The position numbers and the translations under genes are program-made. The notes below the pieces were generated by a model, which was given only the letters and a program-made list of their open reading frames with translations, was not told the origin of the DNA and ran no database searches. 64,000 nt of DNA from Bacteroidales bacterium (GTDB taxonomy: Bacteria > Bacteroidota > Bacteroidia > Bacteroidales > UBA932), in contig JAEEXQ010000005.1 of NCBI GenBank assembly GCA_016287875.1, forward strand, positions 5,909-69,908, read 5' to 3'. Below, one piece after another: positions 38,313 to 47,014 of the stretch. Within the stretch, counting starts at the first letter, position 1. Each line of letters starts with the position of its first letter.

Positions 38313-39359
38313 TTAAATTGTTACCCTGAAGCCGTAAACCTTGCCATTCTCGAGCGGGAGCTTGGACGTTATTGTCTTCCGCATGTCGCAGCCGGGGAAC
38401 ACGGTGACCGAATTACGGCGCTCTTCTTCGTCGTCGTAATAGTTGCCGCCGAACTGTAAGCACAGTTCATATCCCTCCTCGAGGTCTTTGTCGAAGCGGA
38501 CGGGCACGAAGAAGGTCTTTTCGACCACATCCTCATCCATCAGAGTGAGGTCGCTGTTATTGCCCGAATCGAGCAGGTAATAGTCCAGAGGCCCTCTCTC
38601 AATCGTGAAAGGTTTCCCCGTATAGCTTTCGGTGGTCACATCCAGGCCGGAGAACCGGACGAAGACCGGATCACCGTTCACGCCCCACTCTTCCTCTTCT
38701 TCCGAATCGGGATCCACGCACTTGATTCGGATGGAATTGACCCTCGCCTGGTCGAAAGGAGAACCGGGAGGTGCTTCGTACGGGAAGTTCCTGAGGGTCA
38801 CCTCGATGCGGAACACGGCCAACTGGTGCTCCAGATACACGTGGGCGACATCGCCGGAGATGTGCACCTCGCCTAGCATAAGGTCGACGTCGGAGATGGA
38901 TGCAGTATCATCGTGCTGCAGGGCACCGGAAGCTGTCGAAAGGTTTCTCATATAAATGGTCGGAGACCCCTCCCTCACGCCATCGAAGATCGAATTACCT
39001 GCGTACGTGTCCACTGACGGATAAAGGCAGATGATCTTGTCTCCTTCGTTTCCGTTCCAGGTCCCGGAGAATTCAGCTTTCTTGCGGCCAGCTTCACCGG
39101 TAGAAACGAACTCGTCGACAGCCGTGATGCCGTTCTCGCCGAAAGAGACCACCGTAATGGCCTCATAAGAATCCCAGAACCCTTCCAGCGTCTTGTCGTC
39201 TGTGTAATCATAGATTGTCTTCGTGCTCTTAGGAGTGATAACGGAAGCCTGGATAGTCAACGGAACGCCGGCTTTTTTCTCGGGCATGGATTCCTTGCAG
39301 CTGCTCATCAATACGGCACCAAAAGCCGCTAGTATGAAAATTATTGCTATACGTTTCAT
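38313..39359 (-). CDS. Fimbrillin/Mfa-like lipoprotein
   Basis: Lipobox LMSSC, TKT processing-like motif followed by W..D.I.V pattern, C-terminal LENGKVYGFRVTI strand. Confidence 0.6.
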   Translation of the reverse strand: MKRIAIIFILAAFGAVLMSSCKESMPEKKAGVPLTIQASVITPKSTKTIYDYTDDKTLEGFWDSYEAITVVSFGENGITAVDEFVSTGEAGRKKAEFSGTWNGNEGDKIICLYPSVDTYAGNSIFDGVREGSPTIYMRNLSTASGALQHDDTASISDVDLMLGEVHISGDVAHVYLEHQLAVFRIEVTLRNFPYEAPPGSPFDQARVNSIRIKCVDPDSEEEEEWGVNGDPVFVRFSGLDVTTESYTGKPFTIERGPLDYYLLDSGNNSDLTLMDEDVVEKTFFVPVRFDKDLEEGYELCLQFGGNYYDDEEERRNSVTVFPGCDMRKTITSKLPLENGKVYGFRVTI

Positions 39360-39379
39360 CTTTTTGGACTGTTAATCAG

Positions 39380-39508
39380 TTAAAAATCTAGATCCCAGCC
39401 GTGGCCCATATCAGGGACCTCTCCGCTGGCGCAGAGGATACTTTCTACATTCAGCTCCAGGGCTCTGGCTACCGGAGACACATACGATAACTTATTTAGC
39501 TCTTCCAT
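39380..39508 (-). CDS. Small 42-aa peptide with Y-x-x-P...E-x-x-LC-x-S motif (absent from the ORF track)
   Basis: MEELNKLSYVSPVARALELNVESILCASGEVPDMGHGWDLDF; TACCTTTG box at 39553-39546; ends 20 nt before the fimbrillin-like gene. Confidence 0.7.
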   Translation of the reverse strand: MEELNKLSYVSPVARALELNVESILCASGEVPDMGHGWDLDF

Positions 39509-39594
39509 ATAAGGGTTCGTGAAAACGGTTTATTGTTTCCCGGCCCAAAGGTATGAAAAAAAATGTAATGTGCTACTTTCTCACCGACAATCAA

Positions 39595-39615
39595 CAAGCA
39601 AGATCTCTTTGCTTG
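39595..39615 (-). terminator. Possible terminator hairpin after the GH115 gene
   Basis: CAAGCAA/TTGCTTG 7-bp stem, followed on minus by TTGATT; weak U-tract. Confidence 0.4.
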
Positions 39616-39619
39616 GTGA

Positions 39620-42139
39620 CTATGATTTAGGGCTTTCTTCCCCGAAGAGGAAGGCGGGCTCGTATCCGCCGTAATCCACCACGATTTTCTCGAATACTAT
39701 GCCCGGATCCAGAGGGCTTATGATCAGCTCCGTCCAACCCGCTTTGGCCGGAAGGACGGATATGGTTTCGACCACCCTGCGGGCCACGGTGGGGTAGTAG
39801 GTGGTGTAGATGTTGGCGGGGTCTTCGTTAAGCGATGCATTGAAATGCTGCACCTGGGAGTGCCCGTCCAGTTCCACCCTGTAATGGTGGCCGCTTCCGT
39901 TGAAGGCCAGGGTGGATTTGGTGACCACGTGTATCCGTATGCTGTCCACGGCTTCGGGCAGTTCAATCCTGTAATGCAGGGATGCACCCCGGGCTTCTTC
40001 GGTATATGGCATCAACGCCAGTCCGCTTAGGCTGCGGCCGAGATAGGGGATTACCGTCCAGACGGTTCCGGGGGTTGCGGAAGCCTGGTAGTAATGCTCC
40101 GCTTCGATTACCGTGACTCCCTTTCCGGCAGGGAAGGAGAAGCCTCCGGCGGGCTTGTCTGCCACACGGAAGACTTCGGGCTGTATGTCGGCGGGGAAAT
40201 CGTCGTTCCAGTTGGTATAGCCTATGTGTTTCTGGGTCATCATCCCGTCCCACTTGCCAGCGGAAAGTTCCTTATTGTACTGTTCCATCAGCGCTGCGTC
40301 CCTTGCAAAGCACTTTTCAACCTTGTCTGCCCAGAGGTTCGCGGCCGGGTCTCCCTGCCGGAAGAGCTCGTGGTTCATAGCCTGGGCATAGTACATTTCA
40401 TAGAGGTTGGAAAGAGCCTGAATTGGGAAGAGTATGAGCTGGAAATAAGCGTCCTTGGCCTCCGGATCCAGGGTCAGGTACTGGCGCAGGGCTTCGGCTT
40501 CCAGCCGTACGAAATCGTCGGCCACGCTCTTGAACTCGCCGGAATGGAGATTGTAGGTGGTCCTGTCCATCATCTCCGCCGTGGTGCGCCCGCTGTATTT
40601 GCAGTACAGGTTGAGTATGCGGGCGGCCTCATCCGCCTGGTCATCCCCGAATGCTGCGGCGCAGAAAGCGCGGGTATGCCCCAGGAGATTATCTACCGTG
40701 AAGCTCTCGGGCCTCCTGGCCATCGCCAGGAACAGGTCTATGGGATACTCCATTGGTTTGAGGTCTCCCACGTTCAGCACCCAAAGTTTGTCCACGCCAT
40801 AAGAATAGGTGAGCTGGAGCTGCTCCCACATATGCTGGATGGGGGTTACGTTCAACCATTTGGAATTCCTGGGAGCCCCTACGTAATCGACGTGGTAGTA
40901 CATCCCCCAGCCTCCTTTGCGCTGACGCTCCTCGGGGCGGGGGAGTTTGCGGACATCCCCCCAGTTGTCGTCGCTGAGCAGTATCGTGACATCGTCCGGC
41001 ACTCTCAGGCCCAGATCGTAATACTGCTGGACCTCTTTGTACAGGGCCCAGACCTGGGGCCGTTCGGATGCCGGCCGGCCGGTCTCCTTGCGGATTATCT
41101 TCCTCTGGTTGGCGATTATGCTTTCCATCAGCTTGATGTATCTGGCTTCTTCGCCTTCCTTCCCCATAGCTTCGTCGCCGTCTCCCCTCATACCTATGGT
41201 GATGAGGTCTTCCGTATCCTTGGCCCGCCTTACGCCCTCGGCAAAGAAACGGTCCAGGACTTTGCGGTTGCGGGTATAGTCCCAGGGGCCGTCGGAGCCC
41301 TTCCTGCGTACCCATTCCTGATGGTTGCGGGCCATGGGCTCGTGATGGGAGGTTCCCATTATGATGCCCATTTCGTCCGCAGTGACGCTGTTCAGGGGAT
41401 CATCCGCATAAAAGGCCCAGCCCCACATCGCCGGCCAGAGGAAATTCGCCCTCAGGCGCAGCAGAAGCTCGAATACGCGGGCATAGAAGCGGTGGTCGCC
41501 ATAGGAGCTGCCGTAGGTGTTCTTCACCCACCCGGTGAGGCAGGGGGCTTCGTCGTTGAGGAAGATGCCTCTGTAGCGTACCGCGGGCGGCGCTACGGTA
41601 TAGCAGCCGGCAGCCAGGTAAAGCTCCTGCGCTTTGCGGACAGGGACATCCGCCCAGTCGTACCAGGGGGAAACCCCTATCTGTTCGGAGATTTCGTATA
41701 TGCCGTAGATGGTTCCGCGCATATCTGCGCCGGCTATTATCAGCGCGTGCTCATAGCCGGGGACATCCGCGGTCTTGAGTATGTATGTCTCGTATTGCCC
41801 TTCGAGGGGTGAAAGGTCGATCAGGCCTCCGGCCGCAAGTTTTTTGATCAGCGGGCTTCCGGCGGAGCCTGCGATAATGGAGCAGCTGCCTTCCGACGCG
41901 GCCTTCACCCCGCACACGCGCGCAAAATCCTCGCGGAGGCTTTCGGCCGCGATCTGTATGCCCTTGGCATCGGCGGGATCGGTGACTACCGCCGCAGGAT
42001 GCCCTGCAGATATCAGCGGGAAACTGGCGCTGCTACGGCCGGAGCCGCTAATTCCAGGATGGTCTATGGCTTTGACGGGGAAACAGGCCAGCATCAAAGC
42101 GGCCAATGCAATTATGATGCACCTTATTTGTTGATTCAT
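39620..42139 (-). CDS. Glycoside hydrolase family 115 (alpha-glucuronidase-like)
   Basis: RGTIYG, GVSPWYDWAD, PAVRYRGIFLNDE, NFLWPAMW, GTSHHEPM, GMRGDGD, LLSDDNWG, NVGDLKPME. Confidence 0.9.
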   Translation of the reverse strand: MNQQIRCIIIALAALMLACFPVKAIDHPGISGSGRSSASFPLISAGHPAAVVTDPADAKGIQIAAESLREDFARVCGVKAASEGSCSIIAGSAGSPLIKKLAAGGLIDLSPLEGQYETYILKTADVPGYEHALIIAGADMRGTIYGIYEISEQIGVSPWYDWADVPVRKAQELYLAAGCYTVAPPAVRYRGIFLNDEAPCLTGWVKNTYGSSYGDHRFYARVFELLLRLRANFLWPAMWGWAFYADDPLNSVTADEMGIIMGTSHHEPMARNHQEWVRRKGSDGPWDYTRNRKVLDRFFAEGVRRAKDTEDLITIGMRGDGDEAMGKEGEEARYIKLMESIIANQRKIIRKETGRPASERPQVWALYKEVQQYYDLGLRVPDDVTILLSDDNWGDVRKLPRPEERQRKGGWGMYYHVDYVGAPRNSKWLNVTPIQHMWEQLQLTYSYGVDKLWVLNVGDLKPMEYPIDLFLAMARRPESFTVDNLLGHTRAFCAAAFGDDQADEAARILNLYCKYSGRTTAEMMDRTTYNLHSGEFKSVADDFVRLEAEALRQYLTLDPEAKDAYFQLILFPIQALSNLYEMYYAQAMNHELFRQGDPAANLWADKVEKCFARDAALMEQYNKELSAGKWDGMMTQKHIGYTNWNDDFPADIQPEVFRVADKPAGGFSFPAGKGVTVIEAEHYYQASATPGTVWTVIPYLGRSLSGLALMPYTEEARGASLHYRIELPEAVDSIRIHVVTKSTLAFNGSGHHYRVELDGHSQVQHFNASLNEDPANIYTTYYPTVARRVVETISVLPAKAGWTELIISPLDPGIVFEKIVVDYGGYEPAFLFGEESPKS

Positions 42140-42198
42140 TCCCAAATATACCTATTTTTGGCAGGAAAAAAATATATTTGTAAGTTTTTAAAGAGGAT

Positions 42199-44580
42199 AT
42201 GAGAGCTGCCCGTAGAATTACACTGCTCACAGTGCTTTTCCTGCTTTCCGCGCTGGCGGTGAAGGCGGAGGGCTTTCCTCTGCCGGACTCCCTTCTTTTC
42301 CGCTATAACACTTTTTCCACCTGGTTCTCACCGGAAAAGGTGTATCTGCACTTCGACCGTTCCTGCTATAAGGCCGGGGAAACTGTCTGGTTCAAGGGCT
42401 GGGCGCAGGAGGCCTCCTCGCTGTCAGTTTTGCCACCAAGCAATTTCTTGTACGTGGAGGTCCTGGATTCCGGTGGGGACGCTCTTGCGAGGGTGAAGAT
42501 AAAGCGCTCGGACGGCGGCTTCCCGGGTTATCTGCAGCTGCCGGACAATCTGTCCACCGGGGATTACACCATACGGGCATATACCCTCTGGCAACTGAAC
42601 AACGACGACGAGTATCTATTCCACGACAAGATCAGGATAGTGGGAGATCGTACGGGAGAAAACAGGGCCGAAGAAGCCCTCCCTGCCGGAGTGGAGATTA
42701 GTTTCTGGCCGGAAGGAGGGCGCTATTTCGCCGGCCACAAGGCGGTGATCGGATTCAAGGCCGTGGATTCGCGCGGGCGAAGCGCGGATTTCAGCGGCGT
42801 GCTGGTGGGTGGCAACGGAGATGTCCCAAGGCCCGTTTCCACCACCCACGATGGAATGGGCGTCATTGAATTCCTTCCTGAGCCAGGCGTTGAATACGTC
42901 ATCCGGGATGCTTCGGGCCGCGTTTTTCCGCTGCCATCAACGGCGACGGAAGGGGCTATGCTGCATTTGTGGTCCAATGCGGGAAAGTACTATATAGGGG
43001 CGATGGGATATGGCGGTGGCACCGCCTCTCTGCTGGTGCGCGACGCTTCCAGGATCAGGCCCATAGCAGAGATAGAACTCAGCGGGGAAGAAGGGGTGAT
43101 GATCGTGGAAAGGCATTTTTTCCAGAGCGGGATAAACCACATTCTTCTTGTGAACGAGAGCGGTTCCATACTGGCGGAGAGGCTGTTTTTCGTGCGCGAC
43201 GGGGCGGAGCCTGTGTGCAGTATGGATATGTCGCAGTCCTCCGACGGCAAAGTCGCTCCGGTGAAAGGAATCATCTCCCTGAGCAATCCGGACGGAACTC
43301 CGCTGGACGGGAATTGCTCGGTTTCCGTAGTGAGGGAGGCCCTGAAGGACTGGCAGCAGAGCGACGGCATTACGTCCTACATGGCCCTGAGCAGCGAACT
43401 CAAGGGAAGCATCAACGATCCGTTCTACTACTTTGACCCGGATATCCCGGAACAGGAAAGAGATGCCGCGCTGGATATGCTGATGATGATCCAGGGCTGG
43501 CGGTACTACGATATCGACAAGATAATCGACAAGAAAAAAGGTAAATTGCAGTTCCGCTATGTGAGGGAAAGGATGCAGGAGATACGCGGATACATTGCGC
43601 GCTGGGGCTCTTCCAGGATGCCCAAGAAGTTCACGTTCACCTTTATGATCCCGAAGTTGAATGAGCTGCAGTCCAAAAGAGTCGAGCGCGGAAGGCGATT
43701 CGTCATAGACAGCCTGGATTTCCCGGAGAACACCGAGTTCCTGATCAATATAGGCACTTCGCGCCTTGGGGCGGTCTATCTTCCCAGATGGGACGGCGAC
43801 AAGGTGGCGGATCCGCACGTGTACAAGGCTGCGCCGGGGTATTCTAAGGACGGCGGATCCGTTCCTCAGGTGCTGGAAGTGCCGGCCTCGGGCGATACCC
43901 TGCAGGCCGTAGTGGTCGTTGCGGACTATCCGGATCAGGACCTGATGTTCGGAAGAAGCTACGACAAGGATTTGGAATTCTTCAAGGACCAGACTCTGGT
44001 AGAGTATCTGAGCACCAGGCAGGCGCTGTTCGAATACGACGGCGAATATATGTACAACCGTAGCCGTATGAGGTCTTCGATCTTTTCGGAAAGCGAAGAA
44101 GATCCCGCGATGGATGAGGATGAATCCAAGACCGGAAAGGTGAAGCTTATAGTGGATGACGAGGAAGCTTCGTGGTGGAGTTTCGACATGCTCCGGCTAG
44201 GCGACCTTCGCAGTTTGAGCATTTCCACGCGCCCCGATCCTGTTTACGGGGGAGAGGGCGGCGTGGTTTACATTAAAGTGAAACCCGGCGGAATGCGCCG
44301 TAGCGCGGAAAGGAATCCCTCGTTGCTTTATTTCATACCCCTTGGATATCAGCAGCCCCGATACTTTGAACCGCCCCTTGCCGACGATGGCCGGCCCACC
44401 ACCCGCAACACAATTTGGTGGAGCCCCCTCGTCGGGATCAGCGGAGGCCGCGCCGAAATCTCCTTCCCCGGCGGCGCCTCTGCCGAAGTACCATACACCG
44501 TGCGCATTGAGGGAATATCGGCCGACGGCCGTCCCTTCTCGCGCCATTGTGCAATTGTGCCTACGCGAAGGTATCTATAA
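42199..44580 (+). CDS. MG2-like domain outer-membrane/secreted protein
   Basis: EKVYLHFDRSCYKAGETVWFK, FWPEGGRYF, LDMLMMIQGWRYYD, RNTIWWSP, YTVRIEGISADG pattern common in Bacteroidetes. Confidence 0.75.
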   Translation: MRAARRITLLTVLFLLSALAVKAEGFPLPDSLLFRYNTFSTWFSPEKVYLHFDRSCYKAGETVWFKGWAQEASSLSVLPPSNFLYVEVLDSGGDALARVKIKRSDGGFPGYLQLPDNLSTGDYTIRAYTLWQLNNDDEYLFHDKIRIVGDRTGENRAEEALPAGVEISFWPEGGRYFAGHKAVIGFKAVDSRGRSADFSGVLVGGNGDVPRPVSTTHDGMGVIEFLPEPGVEYVIRDASGRVFPLPSTATEGAMLHLWSNAGKYYIGAMGYGGGTASLLVRDASRIRPIAEIELSGEEGVMIVERHFFQSGINHILLVNESGSILAERLFFVRDGAEPVCSMDMSQSSDGKVAPVKGIISLSNPDGTPLDGNCSVSVVREALKDWQQSDGITSYMALSSELKGSINDPFYYFDPDIPEQERDAALDMLMMIQGWRYYDIDKIIDKKKGKLQFRYVRERMQEIRGYIARWGSSRMPKKFTFTFMIPKLNELQSKRVERGRRFVIDSLDFPENTEFLINIGTSRLGAVYLPRWDGDKVADPHVYKAAPGYSKDGGSVPQVLEVPASGDTLQAVVVVADYPDQDLMFGRSYDKDLEFFKDQTLVEYLSTRQALFEYDGEYMYNRSRMRSSIFSESEEDPAMDEDESKTGKVKLIVDDEEASWWSFDMLRLGDLRSLSISTRPDPVYGGEGGVVYIKVKPGGMRRSAERNPSLLYFIPLGYQQPRYFEPPLADDGRPTTRNTIWWSPLVGISGGRAEISFPGGASAEVPYTVRIEGISADGRPFSRHCAIVPTRRYL

Positions 44581-44617
44581 CTATTTGATTATTAAATCAA
44601 TATTCCTACTCGTTAAA
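44572..44617. repeat. att-like site, copy A (left border of the AT-rich islet)
   Basis: TATCTATAACTATTTGATTATTAAATCAATATTCCTACTCGTTAAA; 39/46 identical to 46479-46524; last 40 nt 34/40 identical to 47979-48018; core TTGAT-N6-ATCAA. Confidence 0.75.
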
Positions 44618-45238
44618 CATAATTTCAATAACTGAATCAGAGCAGTACTTTGGGTTGGCTTTGACCAGTTTCTCAAAGAACTGGTGCATCCATTCTTCGA
44701 CATTATCCTTTCTGAGTCCACTTCCCTTGATCGTCAGGAAATCAACTTCATCGGTAAAGTCTTCCCAAATATAAAAGTCGTAGAAAGGCTCCTGGTAATC
44801 AATATCCCATGCCGCTCTGCCCAGAACTTCAAATCCGCTTCGTGCTGTCCTTTCTCCTCTAATCACTTCCTGCGCAACGCTCATTACATACGAACAATAT
44901 GCAGTTTCCTGATTAATCTCTATATCAAGTTCCTTGAGAATCGTGTCAAGGAGTTCAGCAAACTCAGAGGGATACATATCCAAATCTTCACCAGCTAACT
45001 GAATAATGCCGGGGGTCTCAATCCCTTTCTCCAACAAATCGACAGCCCAATACTTCCACTCTTTTGAAATGCTGGTGTGCCTGATATACTGATAAAGCAT
45101 CTTGCTAGTATCTGGGACCCTCTGCAAAAGTTCCTGTACCTTTTCAGAAGGCTCAGGATACTTCTTGATATACTCGTCCGGCACCACCGTCTCCTCTGGT
45201 GTTGCCTTGGAATGGAAGAGTCTTTCAAGCAATTTCAT
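44606..45238 (-). CDS. Hypothetical protein (islet module 1)
   Basis: AT-rich 210-aa ORF with own TATCTTTG box (45267-45260); its stop lies in site A. Confidence 0.7.
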   Translation of the reverse strand: MKLLERLFHSKATPEETVVPDEYIKKYPEPSEKVQELLQRVPDTSKMLYQYIRHTSISKEWKYWAVDLLEKGIETPGIIQLAGEDLDMYPSEFAELLDTILKELDIEINQETAYCSYVMSVAQEVIRGERTARSGFEVLGRAAWDIDYQEPFYDFYIWEDFTDEVDFLTIKGSGLRKDNVEEWMHQFFEKLVKANPKYCSDSVIEIMFNE

Positions 45239-45351
45239 ACAAACTGAATATTCTCCTTACAAAGATAATGGTTTTCTACAACAGCATTCTTTACTATTCC
45301 TCTTCTTTCAGGGATAGTCACAGGAAAGTTTGAGCCGCAGTATTATTTTTG

Positions 45352-46335
45352 CTAAAACTGCCAAGAATAAGAAATTCTTACCTTTGAGGGGACACTGATG
45401 CCATTGACCTTTGCCGGGACCCATCTTGGACAACTTTTCATTAACATATCTGCCAAGTGTTCACCCAATAGCTGGTCGTAGGAGTTAATGACGTTAGCTT
45501 TGGCCACCCATCCATTGGCGGAGATGATAAGTTCTATTTCTGATTCGCCATTTTCAAATCCAACCATTTCCGTGATATCCTGGATATTACTCTTAATCCA
45601 TTGATTTAGATTGACAGATTCATCTTCCAGATGAGCCTTCTCGTCAATATCTTTGTCCGAAGCAATCTGGTAATCAGGAATAACTTCACTTTGTGCCTTT
45701 TCCGGACTATCTGACCACAATTGATGGGTCATACTATTAAAATAAGAAGTACTGTATTGCCCGAAGATGACAATGCCTTCCCCTTTGACAAAATGATCAG
45801 ATGAGATATACAATCTGAGCGGAGTATAATACCGTTTCCAGTAATGACGTTCTGGCACCCATCTTGGTGATTCTCTAATGATTGCCAATATGCTTTCATC
45901 CAAAGTTTTAAGATCTTTGTCAGAATGATAGGGGGCCACATGTATATCCTTCACTTCTCCATTATTGGATAAAGTAAAATCAACGGAAAGCCTAAAGGTA
46001 TTCTTCGTCCTGTTATCAAGTAAGTATAGTATCTTTTTTCCAACCCAATTGCAGAACTCGGAAGGCCCCCCACCTTGGAATGAGGGCATTTGATGTGTTA
46101 ATGAAAACGCAATAGGTATCTCACCAACCATATAGGAAGAGTCGGCGTCGTGAACAAACTTATAATTATTTTGTTTTACGTTAAACTCTGGATAATAGTC
46201 GTTCCGGGTTGAATCTGTGGTGTATGAGAAGCCCGTCTGGTTTAACTCGACCTTAAGAGAATTATGCCAGGGTATCTGGGCATGGGTACTCATACAGATA
46301 CAAGATAAGGCTAATATAGAACACAGTATCTTCAT
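45352..46335 (-). CDS. Secreted protein with TonB C-terminal-like domains (islet module 1)
   Basis: Signal peptide; MPSFQGG, VDFTLSNNGEVKDI...IRESPRWVP and ELIISANG...WVPAKVNGISVPSKVRISYSW resemble TonB_C. Confidence 0.65.
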   Translation of the reverse strand: MKILCSILALSCICMSTHAQIPWHNSLKVELNQTGFSYTTDSTRNDYYPEFNVKQNNYKFVHDADSSYMVGEIPIAFSLTHQMPSFQGGGPSEFCNWVGKKILYLLDNRTKNTFRLSVDFTLSNNGEVKDIHVAPYHSDKDLKTLDESILAIIRESPRWVPERHYWKRYYTPLRLYISSDHFVKGEGIVIFGQYSTSYFNSMTHQLWSDSPEKAQSEVIPDYQIASDKDIDEKAHLEDESVNLNQWIKSNIQDITEMVGFENGESEIELIISANGWVAKANVINSYDQLLGEHLADMLMKSCPRWVPAKVNGISVPSKVRISYSWQF

Positions 46336-46478
46336 GAGTCAAAAGTACTTATGAAACATTATAACTAAACAAATAATGTTGCAAAACCAATACCAATTCT
46401 TATTGGTAGTATTTATTCCTCCTCATGTTCCAGGTGTCGGAAATAAACAGAATAAGCCAGAGCAATAACCTTGGCTTA

Positions 46479-46524
46479 TATCTATAACTTATTGATTAGC
46501 AAATCAATATTCTTCCTCATTAAA
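46479..46524. repeat. att-like site, copy E (internal)
   Basis: TATCTATAACTTATTGATTAGCAAATCAATATTCTTCCTCATTAAA; on the minus strand it reads TTT AAT GAG GAA GAA TAT TGA = FNEEEY*, the DUF2795 C-terminus. Confidence 0.75.
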
Positions 46525-46669
46525 TATATGGAGTATTGTCTATAATTGTTTTATTATCAAGCAGTTACAACAATGTTCAAAATCTCGGATAGTTACTGGG
46601 AAAGTCTGAGGCAGGGTAATAGTCATCAACTGACATGATGAATCCCATTTTTACTATCCCTGGAAAAAA

Positions 46670-47005
46670 CTACTCTTTTGTGAAATACAATTGACCGCAA
46701 TAAGAACACCCAAACTTTGGCTTGGGAATGTATGTTTCTTCACCATTCTCATTTACTTCTATCCAACCGGGCATGCAACCCCCTAATAATAACTTCCCAT
46801 TTTTTGCCTTTTTTAATCCAATGTCAGAAGGAAGACCATATAATATTGGAACAATCTTGTGTCCACAAATCTGACATTTTTTTGAATCCTTGTTTAGTTC
46901 GATAGGCTCTGCACTGAAATTAGGCAAACGATGAACCCATACTTCCTTGGCAGGCGCACAAGAAATAAACAATAGAAGTATCAACGAGAAATAAAAACTT
47001 TTCAT
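46670..47005 (-). CDS. Small lipoprotein with Zn-ribbon-like CxxC...C...CxxC (islet module 2)
   Basis: Lipobox FISC; CQICGHKIVPILYGLP...LLGGC...FGCSYCG. Confidence 0.7.
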   Translation of the reverse strand: MKSFYFSLILLLFISCAPAKEVWVHRLPNFSAEPIELNKDSKKCQICGHKIVPILYGLPSDIGLKKAKNGKLLLGGCMPGWIEVNENGEETYIPKPKFGCSYCGQLYFTKE

Positions 47006-47014
47006 ATGAATTGT

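Noticed and set aside
606-41812. Long antisense ORFs (e.g. 606-1670, 5619-6773, 9703-11220, 14227-16170, 16240-18054, 28486-30594, 40094-41812; also 48329-49663, 56541-58196, 58033-59679)
   Set aside because: They mirror well-supported genes, lack motifs and are expected from high-GC codon bias.
44578-44605. att-like sites as Xer dif sites
   Set aside because: No match to the conserved XerD arm TTATGTTAAAT.
45294-45320. TATTCCTCTTC match and hairpin as a fourth att copy (also TATTCCTCCTCAT near 46412)
   Set aside because: Only 11-13 nt match the right half; the TTGAT-N6-ATCA core is absent. They could be decayed remnants but cannot be supported.
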